Positions 1 through 13,820 of a stretch of 16,718 bases of DNA are shown piece by piece. The translations under genes were made by a program, and so were the position numbers. This DNA is from Octopus sinensis. Its lineage: Eukaryota. The notes under the pieces are model-generated. The model ran no database searches and was not told the DNA's origin. It saw only the letters and a program-made list of their open reading frames with translations. How positions within the stretch are numbered: position 1 is the stretch's first letter; the number at the start of each line of letters is the position of its first letter. Location of the stretch: NCBI RefSeq assembly GCF_006345805.1, contig NW_021824928.1, positions 1-16,718 of the forward strand. Direction: 5' to 3'.

Positions 1-80
1 GCAGCCTCCTGTTCTCCCAGACCCCGGTCAAACCGTCTAACCCATGCCATCGAGGAAAGCAGACATTAAACGATGATGAT
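1..80 (+). repeat. 3' end of a SINE-like interspersed repeat with a (GAT)n tail
   Basis: ccggtcaaaccgtctaacccatgcc...cagacattaaacgatgatgat matches the reverse complement of 12111-12200 (catcatcatcgtttaacgtccgc...catgggttggacggttcgacc). Confidence 0.75.
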
Positions 81-294
81 TATGCAGAAACGTTAGCAGG
101 GTGGGCGAAATGCTTAGTGGTATTTCGTCTGTTGTTACGTTCTGAGTTGAAATTCCGCCAAGGTCGACTTTGCCTGTCATCCTTTTGGGGGTCGATAAAT
201 AAAGTACCAGTTTCGCACTGGGATTGATGTAATCGACTTAATCCCTTTGTCTGTCCCCTCTATGTTTAGCCCCTTGTGGGCAGCAAAGAAATAG
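81..294 (+). mobile_element. tRNA-derived SINE-like element, 5'-truncated (same family as 4025-4211)
   Basis: Shares gagtt(g/c)aaattccgc..aggtcgactttgcct.tc.tcc...gtcgata and the 3' tgtttagccccttgtg...aaagaaata with 4025-4211. Confidence 0.75.
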
Positions 295-563
295 ATGATG
301 ATAATGATATAATTAATGGAAGATACAAGAATATTTATTGATCACTACAATTGTTTCAACACATCTTGCTTCGATCCTTTATGAGTGGAATATTGAAGAG
401 TTGCTTTATGAGTATCCAACAGTGTAGATGTGTCTTTTCAGGTGATTACAAGATATATTTCATTAAAATAACGTCTGTTCTGCAAAATTTCTTCTTGTTA
501 TGTGTTTGTTTTATAATTTGTTGATATTATTTGATTTACAAATCACAAGGTATTAAATATTAA

Positions 564-752
564 GATGGCCATTTGCCAGCCTGCTGTGGCACGTAAAAAG
601 CACCATCCGATCATGGACGTTTGCCAGCCTCGTCTGGCACCTGTGCCGGTGGCACATAGAAATCACACACTACACTCATTGAGTGGTTGGCGTTAGGAAG
701 GGCATCCAGCCGTAGAAACACTGCCAGATCAGACTGGGCCTGATGCAGCCTT
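564..752 (+). repeat. Internal fragment of the same SINE-like family as 1-80 and 12111-12350
   Basis: gagtggttggcgttaggaagggcatccagc..tagaaacactgccagatcagactgg..cctg.tgcagcc is the reverse complement of ~12195-12270. Confidence 0.75.
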
Positions 753-885
753 CTGTAATGTCTTGTCATGAGTATCATTTTAAAGTGTAATTTATTCGGG
801 TAAAAGTTTATATCCACAGTTTATCATTATGAAAATGTAATTATAATTTTTATTGTTAAACCTTTGCTTTTTAAAGTCTTTCCTA

Positions 886-914
886 TATCTTCTACTGTTT
901 CTGTGTCATTTCAG
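886..914 (+). other. Candidate 3' splice acceptor ahead of the zinc-finger exon
   Basis: Pyrimidine tract tatcttctactgtttctgtgtcatttcAG, conserved essentially base for base in the inverted paralogue (11258-11286) while the flanks diverge. Confidence 0.5.
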
Positions 915-1265
915 ATACTCGTATAAAGGAGTTTTATGTGAGATACATCATGAATATTGATCATGTTTTGAAAACGAATGTCAGCCATTATAAATAATAG
1001 ATAATAACTCTGTTTATATAATATATCTATGGTGAATAACGGTGAAATATTTCTTCTGAATTGATAGCAACATTTGTTTTCCTCATTGCCAGGAATATTT
1101 ACAAAAGTATTTCACATTCAGTTTGAATGTGAGAAAATCTGGAAAGGTGTTTGTATCATTTTCAGATATTCAAGATCAGTTTTGCCGTAGAAGATATATA
1201 TAAAGAAGAAGGGGAAAATATATTTTCTGCCTGTATACTATAGAACAATAAGGAATAGTCTGGAG

Positions 1266-1760
1266 ATGTTAAAAGGAAGAGAAAAATTATCAGACCAATC
1301 TGATATCTGTAAAAAGACTTTTTCTAATAAGGGAAATCTCAATGTTCACAAATTCATTCATGCAGGGGGGAAACAATATCATTGTGACATCTGTGGTAAA
1401 TCATTCTCTCGAAAAAGTCACCTTACTCATCACAAATACACTCATACTGGAGAGAAACCATATCAGTGTGATATCTGTGGTAAATCATTCTCTCAAAGGA
1501 CTGTCCTTTCTTATCACAAATTCGTTCATACTGGAGAGAAACCATATCACTGTGATATCTGTGGTAAATCATTCTCTACAAAATATAACCTTACTAAACA
1601 CAAATCCATTCATACAGGAGAGAAACCAAATCAATGTCGTATTTGCGGTAAATCATTCTCTCATAGAAGTTCCCTTGATTCTCACAAACACATTCATGCA
1701 GGAGAGAAACCACATCAGTGTGATATTTGTGGTAAATCATTCTCAAAGAAGTTACCTTAA
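1266..1760 (+). CDS. C2H2 zinc-finger protein, 164 aa: 4 intact fingers, a first finger with Cys->Ser, and a sixth cut by a frameshift
   Basis: Repeated [18 protein letters not shown] motifs. An apparent 2-bp loss near 1740-1745 (attctcaaag instead of attctctcaaag) shifts the frame. The finger frame continues in another frame to KP-TAG at 1879-1881. Confidence 0.8.
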   Translation: MLKGREKLSDQSDICKKTFSNKGNLNVHKFIHAGGKQYHCDICGKSFSRKSHLTHHKYTHTGEKPYQCDICGKSFSQRTVLSYHKFVHTGEKPYHCDICGKSFSTKYNLTKHKSIHTGEKPNQCRICGKSFSHRSSLDSHKHIHAGEKPHQCDICGKSFSKKLP

Positions 1761-2250
1761 TTCTCACAAATACATTGATACAGGTGAGAAACCATATCGG
1801 TGCTATATCTGTGGTAAATCATTCTCTCAGAAGAGGTACTTAAATAGATACAAATGCATTAATACAGGGGACAAACCTTAGCACTGTAGTATCTGCAGTA
1901 AATTATTCCGTTAAAGTCTGCTCATACTGGACAGAAACTATGTGACTGTGATGTCTGCAGCAAATCATTCTCTCAGGAATATGCTGTATATACTTATAAA
2001 CGTATTCATACAGGAGAGAAACTCTATTGCTGTGATACCTGAGGTAAATCATTCTCTGTGGAACAATATTGAACTCATCACAAATACATTCATACAGGAG
2101 AGAAATCATATCACTGTGACATCTGGGACAAGTCATTTTTTCATAGAGAGAAATAATAAACTAAACACAAACATATTCATACAGGAGAAGATTCTTATGA
2201 CTGTGTAATCTGTGCTAAATCATTCTCTCAATAATCTACCTTAACTAAAC
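1761..2250 (+). pseudogene. Degenerate zinc-finger repeats after the frameshift and the terminal stop
   Basis: 84-bp-style remnants (catacaggagagaaa, gtaaatcattctctc) with lost His/Cys residues (HKYID, RYKCIN), stops and indels. Confidence 0.75.
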
Positions 2251-2809
2251 ATATACTTATTCATATTGATCAATAACAATATCAATGATAAAACAGATGT
2301 CCTGCTGAATAAAATACAGCAAATGTATTACTTTTTACAAAATAAATTCATTTTTCACATTTTCCTCATTTGCATCAACTCACTAATTACGATTTGTGTT
2401 TTTTATTCAAACAATATTGATTATATTAATTTGCTCTGTTTTCTTGAGGATATATTATTTTAACACAAATGTATTACACTCCAGTTCCCAGCCATGATCA
2501 GTTATCCTCTGCTGGACACACTCAGGGATCCCAGGATCTGCACCCTTTGTGCTACTGCCCACATATTCTGGCACTAGCTGGAGGCTTATTGCTGTTTGTC
2601 ACAGTTTTGGGTGTAGAGTGGGAAATATTTTTCAAGAGCCTAATGCCCCACTCTACCTATGGTTCAAGCACATCCCCGCTCAACCCATGCAAGTGATTAT
2701 CATCATACTTATTTTTTGCTAAATCATTCTGTAGAGCAGGTTTTCATGGTCTTGTTCTTACCAGACACCAAGCAGGGATTTATGATGGGCATCTGGTTAG
2801 AATGGCACC

Positions 2810-3024
2810 TGTTGTGATTAGAGTAGACTGGTTCGAGTAAAGTATAAATTGTAACGATCTGAGTGGGTTTGCGGTTCAGAGTCAAGTGAAGTCGGAAGGT
2901 GTCGCTTAGTTTACTTCCTAAGGAATATTGAATGTTGGTTCTTAAAAGATTTGTTAGTCCATTAGATTGTTGTTACAATTTTCTGGTTATCTTATTTATT
3001 GTACGGAACAATTATGTTACAACA
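2810..3024 (+). mobile_element. Candidate 5' LTR of a Ty3/Gypsy element
   Basis: Bounded by the inverted termini TGTTGT...ACAACA. It is followed by tc-TGGCGATGAGG (3027-3037, PBS-like) and then a gag-like remnant. No second LTR is seen in the window. Confidence 0.55.
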
Positions 3025-3094
3025 TCTGGCGATGAGGGTTTCGAAGCTCTTGCAGGTCAGTTAACAAATTTTTGTGATACAAAATTGTTAAATC

Positions 3095-3700
3095 ATGGAA
3101 GACTAATTAGCTTCTATAAAACTGTTGCAAAATCAACGACAAAGGCAGCAACAACAACAATTATTGGGGCTTTATTCAAAGAAGTCCAAAAATAAGAGAA
3201 GTACATTTTTGCCAGACGCCGTTTTGGACTCGATGAAACCAGTTAGAACACAGAGGACAGTATAACTGTTGCATTGTACTACAGCAGGTAATTTTTAAGG
3301 AAGATTGTAAGACATGGTCAGACACAGAAAAAGTAAGGTTATTATGACATAAATGAGCCCCATCTGAGTATGAACATTGTTTTAATTTCATATTACCCAA
3401 AAAACTCAATGAAATTTGTTTTAAAGAAACAATAGAATTACTGTCTAACATATTCGGTGATAAAACTTCTCTAACACTTGGATGGTGTTTTGGAATATAA
3501 TGAAAAAAGAGGATGGTGATTTTATCACATACACAGGAACAATTGACAGGATGTGTGAATATTTTAAACTCAAGAAGTTACACCTGAGATGTTCAGGTGT
3601 CTTATTTTGGTAAAAGGCCTTACAACAACTGAATATACAGAAATTCACACTGCAGAACTAAATTCTGAAGATCAACCATTAAAGATCCTAGAGGGCTCTC
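3095..3700 (+). pseudogene. Degenerate Ty3/Gypsy (K02A2.6-like) gag remnant
   Basis: Manual translation across stops and frameshifts: MED*LASIKLLQNQRQRQQQQQLL...FKEDCKTWSDTEKVRLL*HK*APSEYEHCFNFILPKKLNEICFKETIELLSNIFGDKTSL...KKEDGDFITYTGTIDRMCEYFKL/EVTPEMFRCLILVKGL. This resembles K02A2.6-like gag proteins as I recall them. Confidence 0.7.
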
Positions 3701-4024
3701 AACAGAAACAAAATTCAACTCCCAAATAAGAAAATTTGTACACGTAAAAATGATTGGAATAATGCACTTGCGGGTGTGTATGTGCGTGCCCTGAGTCAAT
3801 GCATGTCTAGGAGTCAGGAGTCGACATAAGGGTGGCACAAAATTAGAATGTTCTGCTTTATATTAGGGATAAACCAGAAGTCCCTGACTGCTATGTCATC
3901 CGGAAGTTTATAGGAAACTTCTAAAGTATTTATGAAGGTCGAGGGAGATTACTCTCGTTAAATCCCATTTTCATTTTGCTTTCTTGTCTGACCGCCAGGG
4001 GTCACTCAGGTTTTAGTTATACAA

Positions 4025-4211
4025 GGCGGCAAGCTGGCAGATGCGTCAGCACGCTGGGTGAAATGCGTAGCCGTAATCTTCTGAGTTCAAATTCCGCTGA
4101 GGTCGACTTTGCCTTTCGTCCTTTCGGAGTCGATATAACGGACTTGACCCGTGCGTCTGTCCTTGTTTGTCCTCTCTGTGTTTAGCCCCTTGTGTGTAAT
4201 AAAGAAATAAG
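4025..4211 (+). mobile_element. tRNA-derived SINE-like element
   Basis: 5' ggcggcaagctggcaga head, B-box-like gagttcaaattcc (~4084-4096), A-rich 3' taaagaaataag. Homologous to 81-294. Confidence 0.75.
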
Positions 4212-4633
4212 TTATACAAGATTCCCTTGATTGTGTCGAGAATGATGAAAATTGTGTGGGCCTCTGAGCCGGTATTGCCCTGAGTTTGGCAAAATCTGAT
4301 GCAGATTCTCTGCTAAACTTTCTATTATGCTCATTGTGACAATCATACGCTACACACCTTCCTTCCAAGCATTGCTGCAAACAGCAGAAGAGAGCTAGAA
4401 TCTTAACACTTAGTGTGAATGCACAGCAGAGTTTAGAGTCAATCTTTCCCAAGTGGCTTCACTCTATGTATCTTAGCTTCGTTGCTATAGCAACAGTCCG
4501 CATATATGTACGTATATATGTATGCCATTGTTCAGTTTTATTTCAAAATTACTTGCCAAAAGAGAAAGAGCCAATTTCTAACCTAAATCCAAGGATCCTT
4601 CATTGGAATTTCACCATCAACAACAGAGTATGT

Positions 4634-5422
4634 AGGTCTTTTCGGTTTGAACGGTAGTTTTTAAAAATAATTTCCACGTACATAAACACTTTTAAACTTC
4701 GTATACTGGTAGAATGTGTTTATAAAACATCTTCTTCTCTTGGCTTTATTGAGAAAATTCTACGGTTTGTAAGATATTTGTTGTTTTTTTTTCTTCAATT
4801 TCTGCAATTTCAACCAATCAATGACGTCTATTGAGGTGAAAACATTCTGTGCCGTATGAATATGTCCCTCGTTTAAGAAACAGATTGGGTTTATTTACAT
4901 TTACGAAGAAAAAAAGATACCCTTCCCCCACCCGTAACACTAAAATAGATTGAAATGCAAAGATCGATACTAGGGTTATAATTATGGTTGACATGTTCAT
5001 TTGACACCGCTAGAAAAAAATCCCATTTTCTGTAGCGGTGTCGTATGAATCTGTCACCCATAATTATAACCATAGTATCGATCTTTGCATTTCAATCTAT
5101 TTTAGGGTTAGGTTTAGAGTTAGGGGTGGGGGAAGGGTATCTGCTTTTCTTCGCAAATGTAAATAAACCCAATCTGTTTCTTAAACAAGGGACATATTCA
5201 TACAGCACGGTATGTTTTGACTCCAAATGGACGTATTTGATTGGTTAAAATTGCCGAAATGCTCGATTTTCAAGTGGAAATATGTTACAAACTATAGAAT
5301 TTTCTCAATGAAGCCAAGAAAAAATGATGTCTTATAAACACATTCTACCAGAATACGAAGTTTAAAAGTGTTTAGTTCACTAGAAATTGTGTTGACATAT
5401 GCTGTTCAAAAGGAAAAGATCT
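4634..5422. mobile_element. Foldback (MITE-like) element, ~790 bp, imperfect inverted arms of ~385 bp
   Basis: Termini aggtcttttcggtttgaacgg / ctgttcaaaaggaaaagatct. Internal mirrored blocks include aaacttcgtatactggtagaatgtgtttataa, aagaaacagattgggtttatttacattt and atagattgaaatgcaaagatcgatacta. Central stem gacaccgcta...tagcggtgtc at ~5003-5042. Confidence 0.85.
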
Positions 5423-5655
5423 GCGCAAACTTGTACGAAGTACAGACGTCTGCGTGTTAATATACATCTCAGGAAAAACAGCCTTCTCATATTCAATAAG
5501 CTTGGTGGCACCCTGGTAGTACATATCATTGTGGAAAACGTAAAACCACCTATAATTGTTATATATATATTAATTACCAGAGTGACCCACGACTTGACTG
5601 GTTACAGACGCTGAGTACTATCTACGAAAAGTGGTCCCGCTGCGCACCATCGCGC
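5423..5655 (+). repeat. ~230-bp segment directly repeated at 16487-16718
   Basis: Near-identical sequence from (g/a)cgcaaacttgtacgaagtacagacgtc to ccatcgcgc. Offset 11,064 bp. Confidence 0.9.
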
Positions 5656-5730
5656 TAGCTAGTTGTGACTAGTCAATCCTATAAGTGCACGTATGCAAAT
5701 TAATAGATGCACGCATGCGCAAAACATGTA

Positions 5731-6115
5731 CTGTAAATCCTTGAGTATAATCCACATTTTTTCCCCAAAATTTAAAGGTGAAAATCCCAGGTGCGGATTA
5801 TATACTAGGTTAAAAATGAAATTTATTTTCTAAGCAATGTCCGAGTCTCTCTTTGCTGTCCGGCAATGTTTATTCAGACGCATTTTGTGATGTCAGGCGT
5901 GAAAATGCCTTAATCTAATCCTGAAAGTAATGAAGTCATAAAAGAATCATCCATGACTTGCAGTAAGTAACATTTATTAAACATCATTACTGTTATTTCT
6001 TTATTTTCTGCAAACAAAAATACACAAAAAAGCTACATTTTTACAAACCAAGGACGCTATATAGACCTCCTTGACTCAGGGTAGGGAAGGGGTGCGTATT
6101 ATACACAAGGTTTAG
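5731..6115. mobile_element. Probable non-autonomous Tc1/mariner (Tc2/pogo-like) fragment
   Basis: Begins TA|ctgtaaatccttgagtataatccac and has the partner motifs gtgcggattatatact (~5792) and gtgcgtattatacacaagg (~6092), a layout I associate with Tc2-like ends. The right terminus is missing. A 45-bp local duplication lies at 5988-6033 and 6120-6164. Confidence 0.45.
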
Positions 6116-6179
6116 GTTTTACTGTTATTTCTTTATTTTCTGCAAACAAAATGCACAAAAAAGCACAAAAAGAAATACC

Positions 6180-6857
6180 AGATCTTTTCCTTTTGAACGG
6201 CAGTTTTCAACACAATTTCTAGTTAACCAAACACTTTTAAACTTCGTATACTGGTAGAATGTGTCAGAATAAAACGTTTCTTTCTCTTGGCTTTCTTGAG
6301 AAAATTGTAATTTATAAGTTTAATGTAGTTTAATTTTTAGAATTTTAACCAATCAATGGCCTCTATTGAGCTAAAATCATTTGCTGCGTCTAAAACTGAG
6401 ACAACATCACCCTAACCCTAAATTCTAGCCTTTCCTTTTTTTTTTCTCAATTGTTAAATTAATTTAAGGATAACAATTAAGAAAAAAAAAACAAAAGGCT
6501 AAAATGAAAGCAAAAACTCAACAAAAACAAAGCGAATAATTTTAGACACACGCGAAACAATTAAATTAATTTAACAATTAAGAAAAAAACCCAAAAGGTT
6601 AAAATTTAGGGTTAGGGTTAATGACAGGATGTTGTATCAGTTTTAGACGCAGCAAATGATTTTAGCTGAATAGGGGGCATAGGATTGGTTAAAATTCGAA
6701 AAATTAAACTACGTTAAACAAACAGATTACAATTTTCTCAAGAAAGCCAAGAGAAAAAAATGTTTTATTTTGACACATTCTACCAGTATACGAAGTTTAA
6801 ATGTGTTTAGTTAACTAGAAATTGTGTTGAAAAGTGCCGTTCAAGAGGAAAAGATCC
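6180..6857. mobile_element. Foldback element of the same terminal family, ~680 bp, ~260-bp arms with a different interior
   Basis: agatcttttccttttgaacggcag ... gtgccgttcaagaggaaaagatcc. Mirrored blocks aaaatcatttgctgcgtctaaaactga / tcagttttagacgcagcaaatgatttt and ccctaaccctaaatt / aatttagggttaggg. Confidence 0.85.
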
Positions 6858-6890
6858 GACCTAGAATGATTTACTGCAGATATTACAGTT

Positions 6891-10866
<3,976 letters not shown>

Positions 10867-11257
10867 CTCTTGAGGATTCATTATTGTTCTATAGTATACA
10901 AGCACAAAATATATTTTCCTGATCTTTTTATATATTCCTTTGTTGATTCAAATACTTCTCTAGTTATATTTTCCACAAGTCTGGTCTTTGTCAATAGCTA
11001 AAGGTAATAGAAACACCTTTGCAGATTTTTCCAAGTTCAGACTGAATGGGAAATACTTCAGCAAATATTCCAGGCAATGATGGAAACAAATGTTGCTATT
11101 AATTCAGATGGAATTTTTCAGTTCTTCACCATAGATTTGTAATAGAAACAGGGTTATATATATTATTTATAACATCTTCCATTAGTCTTCAAGTGATGAT
11201 CAATATTCCTGATGTATCTGATGTAAAAACTCCTTTATACCACTAACATCTCATATT

Positions 11258-11286
11258 CTGAAATGACACAGAAACAGTAGAAGATA
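11258..11286 (-). other. Candidate 3' splice acceptor of the - strand zinc-finger exon
   Basis: ctgaaatgacacagaaacagtagaagata is the reverse complement of the tract at 886-914. Confidence 0.5.
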
Positions 11287-11427
11287 TAGGAAAGACTTAA
11301 AAAGCAGAGATTCAACAATAGAAAATATAATTACATTTTCATAATCATAAACCGTGGATATAATCCTTTAAGTTGTCTTTGAAATATATACTGTTATTAA
11401 AATCATATGATACAACCTTGTGTAATA

Positions 11428-12706
11428 TCTAGATATACACAGACTTCAGCTCCTCTACCTTCAGATATTATGTAAAACATAAAATTACATATTATTGGAC
11501 AATATTTCCATCTTGCTTCTTAAGACAGAAGCAATGGGACTTTCTCAAGATGAGCAAAGGCAAGCCGCAGCACGTCAGATGGAGTCTCAATACAGAAGGG
11601 AGATGAGACTTTTGCAAGATCAGCAAACACATGCTGCAGCATTTAATGCTTAGCCATTAAAACATTTTAATGATTAGACAGTGGTCCAATAGAATAGCTC
11701 TCACAAACAGACTATGTATAAATGCGTTCTTCACAAATCCTGGAGCTGCTTTCATATATAATCCATCCCATTTTATGAAAATGATAATTTTGGCCAAATT
11801 AGTGTGCTAAACTCAAATCGTTGTTTCTGTAAAGCTTTAAAATTTCCAAATGAAACTAATGGCATGCAATGCCCAGGCAGTAAGGTAATATTGCCAGCAC
11901 TACCAGCTCCTTCTCAACCTCTTCTGGAAGGTACTTCCATCCAGTCAAAGGATTTCCTGAACAATATCAGACAATCCTGCATCACAAATGACATTGTTTG
12001 GTGCATCTAAGGAGATAGTTGAACATGGATTTACACTGACATTCACAGTCGAAGGGCAAGTCTGTCACCTCAATGGTTCCCTGTTACCCACAAATGAACA
12101 CCCAACCACATCTTCATCATCATCATCGTTTAACGTCCGCTCTCCATGCTAGCATGGGTTGGACGGTTCGACCAGGATCTGGGAAACCACGAGGCTGCAC
12201 CAGGCTCCAGTCTGATCTGGCAGTGTTTCTATAGCTGAATGCCCTTCCTAACGCCAACCACTCCGTGAGTATAGTGGGTGCATTTTACGTGCCACCGGCC
12301 AGAGGAGGCTGCCAAATGGCCACGGTCGGTTGGTGCTTTTATGTGTCACAGGTCCTCAAAATTGTGATGTAGGACAATAAACCCAAAGGAGGTGTCAAAA
12401 CTTCAGACGATGGGTCATGTTAGATGCAGTATCAACTTCCACAAAGGAAAACATATCCACTGACAGCTTTTCGGGACATTCAAAAACCACATACCCTCCA
12501 CCACCAATTTTCCACGACTGGTTAGGGCAAGGAATACTCGGACAAATGACAAGTCGCTTAGTCCAATTAGCCCATCATTTACTCCACAAATGTTTTGTCA
12601 TCAATGCAGCACTTTCCTATATCACCTTTTTCAACATAACTGTAATATATATATAAACACAAATTATGACATTTCAATACTGAGCAACGCCGGGTATCTC
12701 TGCTAG
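11428..12706 (+). mobile_element. Internally deleted Helitron remnant
   Basis: Candidate 5' A|TCTAGATATA at 11427-11437. Protein remnants: MGLSQDEQRQAAARQMESQYRREMRLLQDQQ (from 11534) and CKALKFPNETNGMQC..KVILPALPAPSQPLL..SKDFLNNIRQ/SC..QMTLFGA..GFTLTFTVEGQVCHLNGSLLP (~11825-12090), typical of the Helitron Rep-helicase N-terminal region. 3' end gcaacgccgggtatctctgCTAG|T at 12684-12707. Confidence 0.65.
12111..12350 (-). repeat. SINE-like repeat with a (GAT)n tail, nested in the Helitron remnant
   Basis: Reverse complement matches both 1-80 and 564-752. Confidence 0.75.
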
Positions 12707-12755
12707 TCATTCCATAAAATATAATAGAAAAATATTTTTAAAAAAACATCAACAC

Positions 12756-13134
12756 GCAGGAGTGGCTGTGTGGTAAGTAGCTTGTTTACCAACCACATGG
12801 TTCCGGGTTCAGTCCCATTGCGTGGCACCTTTGGCAAGTGTCTTCTGCTATAGCCTTGGGCCGACCAATGCATTGTGAGTGAATTTGGTAGACGGAAACT
12901 GAAAGAAGCCTATCGTATATATGTATGTGTGTGTGTCTGTGTTTGTCCCCCCAACATCGCTTGACAACCGGTGCTGGTGTGTTTATGTCCCGGTCACTTA
13001 GCAGTTCGGCAAAATAGACCGATACATTAAGTACTGGGCTTACAAAGAATAAGTCCCGGGGTGGAGTTGCTCGATTAAAGGCGGTGCTCCAGCATGGCCG
13101 CTGTCAAAATGACTGAAACAAGTAAGAAAAAGAT
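12756..13134 (+). mobile_element. tRNA-derived SINE, apparently full length, with an internal (TA)/(TG) microsatellite
   Basis: A-box-like tggctgtgtgg (12763-12773), B-box-like ggttcagtccc (12806-12816), tatatatgtatgtgtgtgtgt core, 3' gactgaaacaagtaagaaaaaga. Confidence 0.8.
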
Positions 13135-13820
13135 AATACATGTGAGAGTGAAAAGGGAGGGTGGTTTGGGTTCTGCTAGAAACACCAGCAAAACATCCCT
13201 TGAATTGTTCACCTTTTCCTCTGAAAATATTTACTTGTTTTATTTTAACCGAAAAGGCCCCTCCCGTGGTTTTTCAGTTAAAAAAGAAAACGGCCAAAAT
13301 CGGTTTGGATAGGTATTATTCTAAAGGTTATAGCAATCCAGATAACCATAACAAAATCACTTCTTAATTTTATTTTTTACTAAAGTTATACCAGTTTATT
13401 AATAGAATGAACTGTCAGTTTTCCAAATTAAAACTTGAAATGAAAACACTGAAATATCTACTAAAATAATGAAGTATTTATCAAAATAATTGTAATTAAA
13501 AGTCTGGTGCTTTTTCATGGCCACAAGTAAAATCCAGATTTTCTAGGCATAATTTACGAAGTTTACTGGACAATAGAATTAATATCGATTTCAGACAAGC
13601 AGTATTTAAGACTTTCAAAACTGCCTGCTGTTTCCAATTAGCCAGATACATAGGCTTTTACTAAAAAGAAAATATGTGTTACATCTTACCTCTTATAATA
13701 TATTAGTTGGTGTTTTATAATATTTTTAAATACACAAATAAGCGATCTAGCGAAAAAGACACATCGAAAAGCCGACACGGAACGTCAACGAAACGAATTA
13801 AGAATCCGGTTGTTGTGCTT

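Noticed and set aside
2469-2700. GC-richer patch with a 75-aa ORF
   Set aside because: No motif or second copy that I can recognise. Possibly an old repeat fragment; it needs a database search.
3895-3910. ETS-like CCGGAAGT motif
   Set aside because: A single 8-mer with no supporting promoter context.
5102-5125. TTAGGG-like runs as an interstitial telomere or fusion site
   Set aside because: Only 2-4 degenerate units, always at the same place within foldback arms, so they are element-borne.
4818-5248. Similar short ORFs on opposite strands (4818-5000, 5045-5248, also 15084-15269)
   Set aside because: They arise from the inverted arms of the foldback elements and have no recognisable domain.
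12756-12830. tRNA gene suggested by A and B boxes (also ~4025-4100)
   Set aside because: No convincing cloverleaf, and the boxes run into SINE body and tail sequence.
13707-13820. N-terminal part of the 155-aa ORF as a genuine protein start
   Set aside because: It starts at a non-ATG codon in AT-rich flank. RT similarity begins only near 13821.
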